Part shown: positions 1 to 15,557 of the stretch, one piece after another
How positions within the stretch are numbered: position 1 is the first letter of the stretch
Layout: each line of letters opens with the position of its first letter
Source of the DNA: the human T2T-CHM13v2.0 reference genome, Homo sapiens
NCBI RefSeq assembly: GCF_009914755.1
Contig: NC_060942.1
Direction: 5' to 3' (one strand)
Length of the DNA stretch: 64,000 nucleotides
Position numbers and translations under genes: made by a program
Notes under the pieces: model-generated
What the model was told of the DNA's origin: nothing
The model's database searches: none
The model's input: only the letters and a program-made list of their open reading frames with translations

Positions 1-130
1 GAAAGTTGCATTTAAACCTTCACAGCAACAACAACAGCAAAATGCTATTCCGTAACCTTGAACTATACTTTGCTGTGACAGCTGGAAAACGGGAATTGTG
101 CAACCATTTGCTGGTATGAGGTTTGTTCAC

Positions 131-721
<591 letters not shown>

Positions 722-1624
722 TGAGTATCTTAAATATGTAACTCCACTGTCTTTGACATAAAGCATCACTTTTGAAAGTCTAATGTCAACACGATGATTT
801 TCTTTCCTATATAAGTCACTTCATATTGTTGGTGTTAGTAATAGTATTGTTTTTGTGAAACTTTTGTAGGCATATTGTGGAATAAAGAGCATGCATTAAT
901 TTGTTGGTTAATGATCTTGACAAAAATGTATCAGTCTTTTCCAGATAGTTACCCCCGCTTCTGACATTTGATATGATAATTATTTAGATACAGTGTGGTC
1001 ATGAATTTATAAAATATATTTAAATAACTACTATCTGATTGAAAAAATATTTTGTGGAAGCATTTTACTAAGAATTTCTTTTTTGGAAGTGTTTCGTTTA
1101 TATAATTTAAAATATACCTTCTCTATGGGATACTAATTCAAATAGCACTTAGGAATACATTTTTAAAATGAAACAAAATAAAACAATTTTTTATCAATGC
1201 ATTGCAAGAATGCAATTTTAAATTACTAAACCTCACATTTTTACATGAAAAAATATGCTGTGAAGGAGGTTGTCTTTCCTCAAATTAAAGAAATATTTTA
1301 TTAGAAAAGACATTTTCTTTAAGAAGTCAGTGCGTAATTCTTTTTGATAAATACACATATCAAAGTGAAGATAATCTATAGAGTCATTTTCATGATATCT
1401 AATGGTTTCCTGGATAAAATACTAGATGTCACAATTATATATTTGATTCATGGTATTACCAACCAAAATGTAGACATTACAATGTCTACCTAGTAAGTAA
1501 AATGTGTATTTTTCTTCCTTTATAATTAATGTGCTGAGGTGCAGAATGACCTCACCATAGTATTGGAAATGATGACTTATTTTCACAACCGAGGGCGATA
1601 TAACAGAGGAACTCGGTCCCTGAC

Positions 1625-1815
1625 AAGAGCCAGAAGCCCTGGATTTGAATCAAAGTTTTTTTCAAATAGCAGGACAAGTTATTTATTCTCTCTGTGCTTC
1701 ACTTTTCTCATCTGCAAAATGGGGATAATAATGGTACGTAGGTCATAGGATCATTATATTAATATATGACAGTATTTGGAATGGTGGCTAGTGTGAAGTA
1801 AGCCCTGTATAAATA
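1625..1815 (+). mobile_element. MIR SINE fragment
   Basis: Core motif ttttctcatctgcaaaatggggataataatggtac. Confidence 0.7.
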
Positions 1816-1829
1816 TTTTCTTTGCTAAT

Positions 1830-2050
1830 TGTGATGGCAATAGTGGTGATGATGTTGGTGATGATGATGATAATGGTGATGATGGCAATAGTGATGATGA
1901 CAGTGATGATAAGAGTCATGGTAATGGTGATGATGGTGATGGTGATGATGATGGTGATGATAAGAATCATGGTAATGGTGGTGATGATGATAATGATGAT
2001 GATGATAGTGATGATGATGGTAATGATGATGACGGTAATGATGATGGTGG
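1830..2050. repeat. Degenerate (GAT/GGT/AAT)n trinucleotide repeat
   Basis: Directly visible; accounts for the M/V-rich and I/T-rich ORFs. Confidence 0.95.
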
Positions 2051-2490
2051 CGAATATGTCTCCTTTCAGGATTTTATCTATTTCTAGGTAGTGCCTACTC
2101 AAATTGCTACTGTAGGTTTCACAGTACCTCATGCCAACAAATTAAAAAGTTTATTTATTTATTTATCTTTGGTTAGAAAGGTTTTTGGTGTATATTAACT
2201 GAATTTGTATAATTAAAGTTCAAATGTATTTTCTTAAAGTAAAATAAGGATATTAGAATGTAAAGATCCCCTATTTTCCTCAATTAAAATTGAAAATAAA
2301 TATTAAGCCTTATTTTAATAAATTAGATTTCTTTGTTCACTAACTTTATCATGACTTCAACAAACTGTCGATGAAATGCTTGGACCTTTTGATTTGTCCT
2401 ACACTATGTTTTTTAAAATAACCAGTTAGTCATTTCATTTTAGGATAAAAATTCATCATATAAGGTGCTTTCTCATACAAAATTATTTTT

Positions 2491-2896
<406 letters not shown>

Positions 2897-3630
2897 TAAA
2901 TAATCTCCAAATTACATAAAATTATCATTTATTTTTCCAATAAGAATACAACGTACAGAATTTTATTTTCATTAGAATTCTTATTCTTAGTAAACTTAAA
3001 TTTTAGTGAAAACCTAGGAAGCAAGAAATCCTGAACTGCTTTTCCGATGTTAGCATTTCATAGATGAAGTAATTCTGCAATTTTTAGAAACGTGTTTTTT
3101 CATATCATAATCCCTTCTTAACTGGGAATAACCCATACATCTAATGAGCTTTTATTAATTATTTAATTCAAAATAATTTAAAGATATTAAATTACACAAA
3201 ATGTTTACCTACAAGCATTTATCCTATTTATATATAATTAGTTCTTTCATTTTTTAACAGTTTATATGACTTCTTGAAAACTTAGATATTAGACAAAGCT
3301 GGTCATTATTTCAAGTTAATTCTTTTATTAACCATTTTTATAGCCAGTGAATATCACGTGTTCATCTAAGGGAGAAATTTAAAGTTAAATACATGGGTGT
3401 TTTTACCACTAACCTAGAAGATTTAGCTGTTTTTATTGAATCGACAACACTAAATTAGTCTTATGTGTCAAAAAAAATTACATAAAGATTATGTTTGAAT
3501 AGGATTATATTATTACAAACTTCGTGCCAAACCCTGACATCTTAAAATATCCAACAGAGGTAAATATAAAATAATTAGTAGACCCAGGCAAAAATGTTAA
3601 CAATTTTGAAGACATTCAAAATGTTTTTGA

Positions 3631-3921
<291 letters not shown>

Positions 3922-4400
3922 TTGATTTTATCAATAATTTCAAAACAATTTTTATTTGTCAAAGAGTACTAAATTTGTGTGAACTTGAAGAGCATGTGGA
4001 CTTAATTTATGAGTACTCATTACTTATAAACCATTTGGTAGTATGCTAGACATAACAGACATAACATACAGCATAATACACATGCGCGCACACACACACA
4101 CACACACACAGACACACAAATATCCAATAGCTTTTACCTTGGAATTTTAGCCATGAGACAGCAATACTAACTCACCGTTTTATAAAAGATAGTGACATAT
4201 ATGTATATGTACATAACTACCTCAAACTTCATTGAGAGAGAGAATAAACTGCCTTATTACTTATATTTACAAGATAATATATGCCTATATTCTTTATAAT
4301 GTTGTCATCTTTAAGAACAATATTTAAATTTGATTTTTAGTCTGTTTTTAGGATCTAAGCAAACTAGGGTTGATCTGAGTTTTATAGTAAATAGAAAATA

Positions 4401-4660
4401 GTAACGTCTACAATCCCTTAGGAGGTTTACGTAAGGTTAAAGTATTTATACTGATAATAGTTAAATTTAAAACTAACTGATCTCTGCATAAAGCTTGCCG
4501 TGGACAGGGTTATGATGAAGACACAGTGTGGGTTTAACATGTTGCTTGGTTTTCTTTTTTTATTCCACGTTCAGATGCTCTCACATCAACACTGCAATGT
4601 CCCCTGTGAGGAGGCCTGGAGCCAAGCTCACTCCTTCCGGGCTTCTTTGTCTGCTAATGT
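4401..4660. repeat. Copy 1 of a ~260-bp local duplication containing an exon-like segment (4499-4653, minus strand)
   Basis: Aligns with 6016-6280 (gtctacaatcccttaggagg...cagatgctctca...ctgctaat); minus-strand acceptor catttccacattag|CAG and GC-type donor CACG|gcaag. Confidence 0.9.
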
Positions 4661-5904
4661 GGAAATGGGCCTAATGATTCAAGAATGCACATCTGTAGAC
4701 AAATGAGGAACTTTTTTGGAAATGCCTTAAACTCATAGAGACATATTACCAGTAGAATGCTAACCAGCACAGCAGCCCAGCAGGGTAGGCAAGATTGCTG
4801 GTACACTTAAGTCAAATGATATGCTAATATAAAATGACTGATATATATTTTATTCTAATCTGACTTTATGTAATTAAGTTTACTTCTGGTATGTATACAT
4901 CAATGCACGGCTGAATTTTCAGAATATTATTACTTTTACATGTAAGTTCTGCTATGGTTACAGCAGAAATTTGATGTTTCCTTTCTATATTTTATTACTT
5001 TTCACACGTATACGTTTTTTTTAGACACAAGCTTCTGACATGCCATTGCAGATATTATGCAAGGAATATATAAACTAGAACAGCAGCTGGGAACATGGCC
5101 CGGAAAAGATTCCTGCTCTGAAGAATGTTGCTTTCCCTTCAGATTGCTAGCACCCCAGGAAACCACTTGTCTTGATGTATATTCAAAATAATTGCAAATG
5201 TGTAAACCCTTTAATCAATGTATAAGGAATAGAAAAGTGTGCTTGTCTAAAACATGTTTGTCAGCTGTAGCCGGCTTCATCTCCTGACTGACATCTGAAA
5301 AATGAACTTTAAGTTTAATGGAGGTTCTAAATGTCTCTGAATATGAAGTCTTTATAACAGAAATATTCAGATGATCACATTTTCCTTTTTTTTTTTTGTA
5401 TGGACATTGTGGTGGCACATATCTCAGATCTTTTAAATTCTCAGCTTTTCTCAGCTGGCTGATCTATAAAATGCAGAAGTTGATGTTAAATTCTTGAATA
5501 GCTACCATGTTTAACATTCTATCTTTGGCCCTGTATTTAAGGCCCCGTATTGCAGGCATAGCCAAGAACAGAAGGGTGTGGGAGCTTTTCTGCAATAAGC
5601 TTGTAGTGTGTTCGGGAGGTGAGGCATAAACTTTGGAAACATTAAGGAGTCCCATAAAAGCATATGCAGTGATGACAAAGACTTTGTCTATGAAATTCAA
5701 ACTGTGATCTCAAACAGAGACTGAAAATGTCCTGCACTTGTCTCTTGACGATCCAAGGAACATCCTTTCCTAGTGTCACCTGGCAGAGAACCCAGGGGTC
5801 TTGCTGGATGATGAAGAATCAGGCTGGTGCAGGCACATCAGAGACCAGAAGATTCCCAGGCCTGGAGTGGAAACTCTCTAGATGTCTGATCAAAAGGACA
5901 GTAC

Positions 5905-6016
5905 CACCTGTAATCCCAGCACTTTGGGAGGCCGAGGTGGGCGGATCACTTGAGGTCAGGAATTCAATATGGTGAAACCCTGTCTCTACTAAAAATACAA
6001 AAAATAGCCAGGTGTG
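5905..6016 (+). mobile_element. Alu left-arm fragment, truncated at both ends
   Basis: cctgtaatcccagcactttgggaggccgagg...aaaatagccaggtgtg, then joins directly to the duplicated segment. Confidence 0.9.
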
Positions 6017-6280
6017 TAATGTCTACAATCCCTTAGGAGGTTCACGTAAGGTTAAAGTATTTATGTTGATAATAGTTAAATTTAAAAATAATTGGTCTTG
6101 TGTAGCGCTTGCTGTGGACCAGGTTATGATGAAGACAAAGTGTAGTTTTAACCACCCATGTTTCTTGCTTTTTGTTTTTTATTCCACCTTCAGATGCTCT
6201 CATATCAACACTGCCAGGTTCCCTGTGAGAAGGCCTAGAGCCAGGCTCACTCCTTCTAGGCTTCTTTCTCTGCTAATATG
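6016..6280. repeat. Copy 2 of the ~260-bp local duplication
   Basis: Roughly 80% identical by eye to 4401-4660. Confidence 0.9.
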
Positions 6281-7224
6281 TCTTCAACTCGAATCCATCA
6301 CTACATGGGTTCTTCCTGCCATGTCGCCTTCCTTTTCTGTGACCTTCTCCCCAACAGTGAGAAACTTGGCACCAGCAGCCACCATCCATTCACGTCACTG
6401 TTCAATTTCAGTACATGCATAGCAGACTCAGAATTGTTACCCTGTACCCTGATGGGGAACAGCCTGTCAACTAGGGCACAGTACTTATGTGCAGCACATT
6501 TTGATTTTAGTCTTGCAGACTCTGCTCATTCCCAAAGTTCCTTAGGTCAGCACCTTTCCCCTTTCTCCTTCAGTGAGGTTTCAAACATTTTCATACAATT
6601 GATAAAATTTGATACAATTAGACTCTTCCACCAACACCAAGCTGTCACGATTACTTTATACCTATCTGATTCTCATATTTAATGTGTATTCTTGTAAACA
6701 ACATATAGTTGAGTCTTATTTTCTATTCATTCCTTCCCTAAATGTTCTTCTTCATGCAGATGCAAGTTTCTGACTAATAATATTTTCCTGTCCAAAGAAC
6801 TACTGTCATTTTTTGGTGTGCAGGACTACTGGAGATGATTTCTGTTTTTGTGTATTTGAGGTCAGAGAAAGTCTTTTTTGTGCTTCATTTTAAAGGATAA
6901 CTTTACTCCATATAGAATTTTAAGTTGGTATTTCTTTTACTTTCAACTGTTTAAATATTTCACTCTATTTTCCACCTGAATAATTTAGTGTTGATGAGAA
7001 GTCCACAGAAATTCTTATCCTGCTTCCTCTGTAGTTAAGATTTCCCCTCCTCTGTTTTAACAAGGTTTTCTTATCATCTTTAGTTTACTGTGGTTTGAAT
7101 ATGATAGGTCTGTGTGTGGATTCTTTTTTGTTTTTAATATGTGTATTGCTCCACATTCTCTAACACTGTGAGTCTATGGTTTGGTATGTGTTATTAATTT
7201 TGGAAAGACTTTGGCTATTATTAA

Positions 7225-7700
<476 letters not shown>

Positions 7701-8435
7701 TGATGTATAACTCTGCTGTGTTGAGTCTACTTGTGAGCCTATCAAAGGTTTTCTTCATTTCTCTCACTATGTTTGACTGATCATGCTTTATCTTGATTCT
7801 GAGAGTTTTAATCTCTCTGCTCACAGTATCTGTTCCCAGCTCTTTTCTGCTTTTTCCATTAACATTAACATGTTAAGAGCCCTAATGGAAAAAGCAGAAA
7901 AGATAATTGTATGATAATTCCAATGTGTGTATCATATCTGTGTCTGTTCCTGATAATTACTCATCTCTAGCCTTTTGGCACATCTTGTAATTTTTTTTGA
8001 AAGCCAGACATTGTATCACATCACAGGAACTGAAGGACATACACTTTTAGTGAGAGGATTTATGCTCGTCTGGCTAGAGCTGGGCTGTTTCTAACGTGAG
8101 CTACAGCTGTAGTTCCTGGAGACTTTAAAATCCTCCATTGTCCTTGTCTTTGCCTCCTCTCTTGACTTTGGGCTTCCCTAGTTTCTGTTCTTCACACAGC
8201 GCCTTGGAGCTCCTTCAACTGGAATCCACTGTTAAGGCGAGCCCAGCTGGTGTGGAGATAAGGTGTGGGGGAAGGGAGCATCCCATATCCTCTGGATTAA
8301 ATTTCAGCATTTTCTTGGCCTGTTTCTTGAAGCTGAGACTTTCACAGTGTTCACCGTGGTGCAACCTTTCCTCCTCCTGTTCCGTACTCACTTTCTTGGC
8401 TGCAGTGCTCCCCAGTCTATTTCCTTAAGGCCCTC

Positions 8436-8531
8436 ACTGTGTTGGCTTTGTTTTATATACTGTGTTGGCTTTGTTTTATATACATATACGCATATGTGTT
8501 TGTGTGTGTGTGTCTGTGTGTGTGTGTGTGC
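8436..8531. repeat. 23-bp tandem duplication (actgtgttggctttgttttatat x2) followed by (TG)n
   Basis: Directly visible. Confidence 0.85.
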
Positions 8532-9569
8532 ATATAGGTGAGACAAGAAGACTAGAGGTTCCAGAGTGGGAGGGCTGTTCTTCCCACCTGGTATAAAGCT
8601 CTGACAGAGTTTTTCCTCCTGTAGAGTAGGCTTTTGCTATAAAGAGGGTTCTGGGTGAATTTCAACGTGATCACTCTTCCTCTCTCTCTGCTGAAGCCAT
8701 GAGGAATCATTCATGGATCTCTATTGTGAGAACTGTTAGGATATCTGGGTGGAAAGTGACAGCAGTAGGTGTCTGGTTCTGCAGGCCCCCGATATTGGGA
8801 TGCACAGTCAGCCCCAGCAATTCATCAGAGTGACCATTGACATGTCCCTACCAGTTCATATCTCCAGTGTCTTCTGCTCTAGGTGAGCAGATCCTGGCGA
8901 CTTTCTGGACACAACTGTCTCCAAGATGTCAAGGTGGTACGTGGTCCTGTAATCTAAGTCTCTGATGGCTCTAAGAAAATTCATTGATTTTTTTTCAGTT
9001 TGTTTCTTTTCTTATTGTAAGGTTGGGAGTGACAACTTATAAGCCCTTTATATGTCAGAGCCTCACAATCCTGTTTCCAGGGTCATGCTTAGATTTTGCT
9101 TTTAGGCTTATGCTAAACTCATAAAAGGAATTAAAAATGCTACAATTTTTTTTTCTAAAAGACAAAGATAATTTTGCTTTTGAAGTTAATGTTTAAATTT
9201 TTATTTAAATTGGGGTTATGAAATAAAAATATTACTAAATAATTAAAAATACTAAAGCTTTATTTCTTTTAATAAGATATTCTGATTTGATAATATGACT
9301 TCTAAAATAATTTTAAAAACTATATTTGATTGAGGCTTTTTTAGCTTTCCCTGGAATCTAGTTTGTTGTTCTAAGTATATTTTTGATAAATTTTTAAATA
9401 TTTGGGCTGAAATTTTATATCAAATTACCACACAGACTGTAGGAAAAACTCTAGGGTAATTTTGATAATTGATGCAGAGGAATGAAGTTTAACTTCCTGG
9501 CAGAGCATCTTTCTGTTCATTTCATTTCACTTTAATCCAATTAAAAATATACATACTAGTCTCCACCCT

Positions 9570-10260
9570 TGAACATTAATGGATTGACTCATTTTTTCAG
9601 GTACCTGTCGTACTGGGCACTGGGAACTGGAGATACAAAACTAATTAGGATTGTTTGTCTGATCTAAATAAGGAATAATCTTCTAGACAGATAGAGGAGG
9701 GAGAAAGAGAGGTAGACAGAGAGAGAAAGAGAGAGAGACACAGGGAGAGGCTGACCAAAAGAGAGAGAACATGAGGCTTAGAGCAGGAGAGTAGTCTGGT
9801 AGATGCTGTAACTCAGCACAGGCTTGTTTGAAGAGAAGTCAAGACAGATTTTAGCATGAGAAACTCTTGACAGCATCCAGGGACAGCATCAGTGCAGTGA
9901 TTTTTCTAGATGCAACTTAAGAGACGAGCAAGACTTTCATGTTTGTACAAGAGGGAGAGAGACATCATGGGCAGATGAACCAATTTCTACAGAGACCAGT
10001 AGGCATGAAGCAGCATGATAAACCCAGTGAGTGTAAGTCTAGCGTGAGGCTGGAATTAAGATTCATAGAAGTCAACTATGAGGGGTGTGAGATTGGAGGA
10101 GACAGACAGGGATTGTGTTACAAAAAGATTTGTATGCCATGAAAAGTAATTTGAGTTCCATCTTGTAGGCAACAGATCGTGGATGTGTCTTAAGTTACAG
10201 AAGATTCTAACCAGACTTTCATAGAAGAAGGATTCTTCCTGTTGTGGTGGCATCGATGGA
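9570..10260 (-). mobile_element. L2 LINE fragments with a GA-rich tract
   Basis: Degenerate L2-like motifs (tactgggcactgggaa...gatacaaaa; atttgagttccatcttgtaggcaa). Confidence 0.5.
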
Positions 10261-10554
10261 TAGTTCTTTTCCAGGAGTTCACTAGAGAGATATTAGAATG
10301 TTTGACAATGTGCTGATTCATACAAATATGGTTAGGGCATTTCCAAATTTTCTGAGAAGTTCTAAAGTGTTGACAAATAAATTAGACCACTAAAGAAGTC
10401 TGCAATAAATGCTAATGCAATAGTAGAAAAAGAAATGTTCTATGAGCAAGGAATTGGGAAGAAATTTATTCAGTTGCAAAATAGAAGGGGTTCATGCAGA
10501 AACATATCTTAATGTAAGTTAAACAAAGCTCCCTTTTTAGACAAGAAATATTCG

Positions 10555-10764
10555 TTATTGCTTATGATTCTGAGCAGATATTCTGCTGGTTTCTTGTGGG
10601 ACATTCGTGCAGCTGTGTTCAGGGGTGGTGACTGCAAGCCAGGCTCTGTGAGTTTTGGTTGCCTCATTGAGCTCTCCCCTCCATGAGCTCAGGTATCCTA
10701 CACCAGGAACAATGAGGTCGGATGCCTTGGGGATGCGTGGAGGGACGGGGTAGTGGTCCCTTGC
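10555..10764 (-). pseudogene. Exon-like open segment ARDHYPVPPRIPKASDLIVPG...EHSCTNVPQETSRISAQNHKQ*
   Basis: Stop-to-stop frame of 69 sense codons in a GC/CpG-richer unique island; its end resembles that of the 131-375 exon; canonical splice sites not intact. Confidence 0.3.
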
Positions 10765-10899
10765 CTAGTTTACCTTTCTACAGTTGACTTTTAGAACAAA
10801 CTTAATGTTTCACAGTCTAAAAGTGAATAAATACATAAAATCCACAAGTATGGAAAAGATAACTACAAAAAGAAAGAAAAACAGAATAAAATGAGTGAA

Positions 10900-12480
10900 C
10901 TTAACGTTTTTCAAATGAGTGGCCTCAGCACACTGAAGGGTGAGGAGAGGAGAGTGAGTCTAAGTGGCTCTGGGATGCACTGTTTGTGAGCACCGTGCTT
11001 TGGCTCTGTAAATACGGAGGTGTGGTTTAGAAATGATGCAACTACTCTCTGCAGCTTTTCATAAGAAAATAAGTAAATAGATTGTGGTACCGGGAATAAT
11101 GTGAGTGGGGCAAGCCTAGAAGAAACCTTCTGGTGTTGGATTGGGATCAGAGAGATCAGTGTGAACTCATGATTTTTAACACACATGTATAGAATTTAAA
11201 AAATAGATAGATATAGATGATAAATGGAAATGGACATAGATATAGATATAGAAGTGTGTGTATCTATATCTGCATTTATGCATATACATTTCCTATCTTT
11301 GCCCTGTATATACATACATTTCAAGCAGCAACAAGCATGCCTAGCACTCAGTTCTGGCTGTAAATATTGTTCTTCAGTAAAGGTAACCTGGGTTCATTAG
11401 AGATGTGGCTGATGCTTGTGCTGGGGTAAGAAAGGCTCCAGCTGCCCCATTACCAGATGGTTAGCAAGGGCTCTTGAGATGCAGGGGTCCCACTGGCCAA
11501 GTCTGGGACAATTTGAGTGACAAAATGATTGATGGCAATGGGCTATGTACCCCTGAATAGAATAAGAATCTACAAATGCATACTAGGTATGTACAAATAG
11601 ATAACGAATAAATGGAAGAGAAGGGAAACCTCTTCCATATGGTAGGAATCTAGCTAATAAAGATAAAGGGAAGATGGAATTACAATCTCACCATTTGGTA
11701 ACGACTTTAGTTGGAGAAGAATCACCAATGGTCATTAAAATTATGCAGAAATAGTCAGAAAAATAAGATATCTATATATTTGTTAGTTACAGAATACCTA
11801 AATATTTATTAGTTGCTAAAGGAAAAATAGGAACTTTATAGCAGGTTCCATCTTACTGTAGTAATCACGTGATCAAGTTAATATCACAGTGATGGGACGA
11901 GCTGACCTCCTGTGCTCTCAGACACAAGGAACATACTGACAAGAACACATCACATTGCCTCTGTGCATCTCCTCCAATATTTCATAACCTAGATCTGATC
12001 AGGAGGAAGCATCCAGTGAACCCAAATGGAAGTTATTCTTCAAAACAACTGTTCTCCACTCTTTAGTGTCAAGATTGTGAAACACAAAGAAAGATGGAGG
12101 AATTGTCCCTGATTACAGGGGACTAAGAAGATGCCCAAGTAAATGTGAGGATGGTCGGGTTTGGCTTCTGCACCAGATCAGGAGCACGAAGGTAACTGGC
12201 AAACCCGGATCAAGTCTGTGGGGGAGAAAATAGGATGCTGTCCACATTCACCTCTTCATTTTCACAATCAGATTGTGGTTATGAAATGGTCTATTTTTAG
12301 AAATACACACTGAAATTTTAATAGGTAAAGCGTCAAATGTGTCTGCAACTTGTGCTTATAATTTTCTGAAACTACAAACATGCACACACACAAACTGCAT
12401 GTATAGACAGTAAAGGAAGGGTCGTCACATGTTAACGTGGGAATTCTCTTTTGCAGCTTCTTTGTAAACCTGAAAATATT
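10900..12480 (+). mobile_element. Old L1MC/L1MD 3'-region fragments
   Basis: Degenerate L1M 3' UTR motifs (gagatcagtgtgaactcatgatttttaa; aatgtgtctgcaactt; cttctttgtaaacctgaaaatatt). Confidence 0.55.
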
Positions 12481-12559
12481 GTGTGTGTGTACGTGTGTGT
12501 GTGCGCATGCGTGTGCACCTGTAGTTCTTTGCAGTTTTATCACGTGTAGATTTGCGTGA

Positions 12560-14480
12560 CCACCAAGACAAGAAAAAAACGCACAAGGACAAACCCAACA
12601 CAAGAGCCCCCTGCACACCTCTTTTATAGCCACAGCTGCCTCTCTTCCTCTCCACTCCCTAATAATTGGCAACTACTCATTTGTTTCCCATCTCCACAAA
12701 TGCAGCATTTTAAGAATGCTATATAAATGGATTCAGACAATAGGGAATTCTTTGAGACTGGCGTAGTTAGCATAATTCCTGTGACGTCCGCTCGAGTTGT
12801 TATGTGTACCAATACTTTGCTCCTTTTTATTGCTGAGTAGTATTTTTTGCTGTGAATGCACTGCAGTTTATTCATCCATGGAAGGACAGTTAGGATGTTT
12901 TCAGTATGGGCTCTTGTGAGTAAAACTTCTATGTTCATATAGGCTTCGTGTGAACATGCTTCCATTTCTCTGGGTCAACTGCCAAGAGTAAGAAGCCGCC
13001 ATGCTGTTTTCCTGAGTGTCTGTTCCATGTTAAATTCCCACCAGCAATGTATGAGTGACCCAGTTTCTCCACCTTCTCAACAGCATTTGGTTTTATGACT
13101 ATTTTTTTTACGTTAGCCACAGTGATATCTCACCGTGGTTTTATTTTGTGTTTTCCTGCTGCTAATGTCGTTGAACATCTTTGCATGCATTGATTTATCA
13201 TCTGCATAACCACTTCAGTGAAATTTATCTTGCATTTTGCTCATTTTTGAATTGGATATTTGCTTTATTAATGTGTAATTTTGAGTTATTTATTATTCTA
13301 TATGTTAGCCTATATTGGGTCTGTGGTTTGCAAATATTTTCTCTTAATTAGTAGGTTGTCTCTTTATCCTCTTAATGCGTATTTCACAGATCAAACTGTT
13401 TAATTTTGATGAGGTCCAGTTTATCAATATTTCTTTTTATGAATCGTGCTTTTGGTGTGAAGACTAAGAACTCTTTGCCTAGTCCTAGTTTCCACAGGTT
13501 ATGTCCTATATTTTTCCCTAAAAATTGTATAGTTTTATATTTTACATTTAAGTCAATGATTAATTTTGAGGTTTTATTTTGTATAAGATGTGAGGTTTAG
13601 ATCAAAATTCTTTTTTCTTCCTCCATTTTTGCCTTCTCCTCTTCCTCTCCCTCCTCCTCTTCCTTCTTCTGCTTATTATTGTCCAATTGCTCCATTATCA
13701 TTTGTTACAGGCTATTCTTCTACTGAATTGCTTTTGCTCCTTTGCCAAAAGTCAGATAGATGTATTTGTGTGGGTTGGTTGCTGGGTTTTTGAATTCTTT
13801 TCTGTTGATCTCTGTGTCTGTTCCTCTGTCTATACCACACTGTCTTGGTTACTGTAGCTCTAGTGATAGGTCTTCACATCAAGCAAGAATGCTCACTCCC
13901 ACTCTGTTCTTTTTCACAATTGTTTTAGCTACTCTAGGCCCTGTGCCTTTCCAAAGAAATTTAAAAATAAGCCTGTTTATGTCTACAAATACCTTCTTGG
14001 GATTTTTCTAGGAATGGAATTAAACCTATAGATCAATTTGGAGAGAACTGACATCTTTCCTGTATTGAGCCATTATATGCCTCTATTTCTTCATCTTGCC
14101 TTCTTGTGCTAGTTAGAATTTCTAGTAGTATGTTGAATGAGTGCTGAGATCAGACATCTTTTTATCTCCCTGATCTTAAGAAAAAATTTTAAGTCTTTCA
14201 CCTTAGTATCACCTAAGTATGATATTAGTTGCAGGATTTTTGTAGGTGCTCTTTATTAATTTGACACTTGTTCTCTATTTCTAATTTTTGGAGAGTTTTT
14301 ATCATGAGTGTTACTTTTGTGAAATGCTTTTCTGCTTCTATTGATATCTTCTTTATCCAACTGATACGGTGGATCACATTGATTGATTGTGGAATGTTGA
14401 ACCATCTTTGCACACCTGGGAAAAATCCACTTGGCCATGGTGTATTTTTTAATACACTGCTGCATTTGATTATTAATGCC
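12560..14480 (-). mobile_element. Old L1M (ORF2/3' UTR) in antisense
   Basis: Minus-strand translations resemble L1 ORF2 (GFFPGVQRWFNIPQSINVIHRI; IEAEKHF). Confidence 0.75.
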
Positions 14481-15323
14481 TTATAATTTGAATGGTTGGA
14501 AAATATATCCACTTTTAGATTTTGTGAATTCTCTCACCAGAAGAGTTCTGTTACAAATGGAAAACTGAAAACTACCTGGTGGAAATTAAAAAACAAGCAA
14601 GCAAACAAAGTCCATGCATCAGATAAGTGAGTTATATAAAATAGTTTCTTTCCAGTCCCAAAATTTCTATCTTATTAGTATTTTCATAAATGAGGGTATT
14701 TTGCATTCTCAGACTGAATGCTCTATTGGAAAATCTTTAAAAAATTCAGATGAGAAGTCCTGAAGTCCTAAGTTGAGCTAAGTGAGTGACAATGGTATGG
14801 GCAAATGTGGATACTTAATAGAGAGATGAGTGTTGTAATGATACAACCAACAGGGCATGACTACTGACTGTGTCAGGCAGAGTTCTTAACAGTAAGGAAA
14901 ATATGTTAATTCTTGAGACTAATATACAGTATTAGTATGATTTATAACCATTGCAGAATATTAAATGTCACAAATATGGTGAGATGAATAATAAAACGTG
15001 TAGCTGTAATTGAAGAATCAAGGTCCTGAGGTAGCCTGGAAGGAAGCTGTTTGGAGAAATGGTGTTTCTTCTTGTGATGGAAAAGCAGAGTGGGTTAGAC
15101 GCAGATGGGGCTTGGTGGTAATTTACAGGGGCAATTAAAACACCTGAGCATATAAGCACAGATTTGGAAGGGTTTGGCAAAAAGAACTGCACAGAAGAGT
15201 TGGAGGAAAGTAAACAGGTGAACTCAAAGTCAGCAAATGGCGGCCATGGGGAACCAGCAAGTGATGGGACAATTACCTTGAACTTTGAACTTTATTTTCA
15301 TGTGAACTACTAAATGAACTTAC

Positions 15324-15394
15324 CTGAATTCTTTAACACAAAATTTACAAAACTTGAATTTTGTAAGACTGTCTAAGAGGCCTTTTGTAGTGAC
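15324..15394 (-). CDS. Candidate 71-nt exon (VTTKGLLDSLTKFKFCKFCVKEF), phase 0 to 2
   Basis: Consensus donor CAG|gtaagt, acceptor gattgacag|GT; only one frame is open. Confidence 0.3.
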
Positions 15395-15416
15395 CTGTCA
15401 ATCACATTTATGTGTG

Positions 15417-15557
15417 CTAGAATTAAGATCCACGAAGGCAGGGGGCTCTGTCTGTTTTGTTCATGATGCCCTCCCATCACTGAGAACAGTACAGGCACAG
15501 GAAGGACTGCCAATCATCATGTGTTGAGTTAATGAATGAAACAATAAATAAATGAAT
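15417..15557 (+). mobile_element. L2 3' end
   Basis: aagatccacgaaggcaggg...acagtacaggcacag...ttgagttaatgaatgaa. Confidence 0.75.

Noticed and set aside
1788-2132. Ile/Thr-rich and Met/Val-rich ORFs on both strands
   Set aside because: Translation artefacts of a (GAT)n-type trinucleotide repeat
4545-4706. Strong-looking plus-strand acceptors (ttattccacgttcag; also at ~6193)
   Set aside because: Followed by early stops or no donor; the T tract is explained as the complement of Lys-rich codons on the minus strand. Not fully excluded
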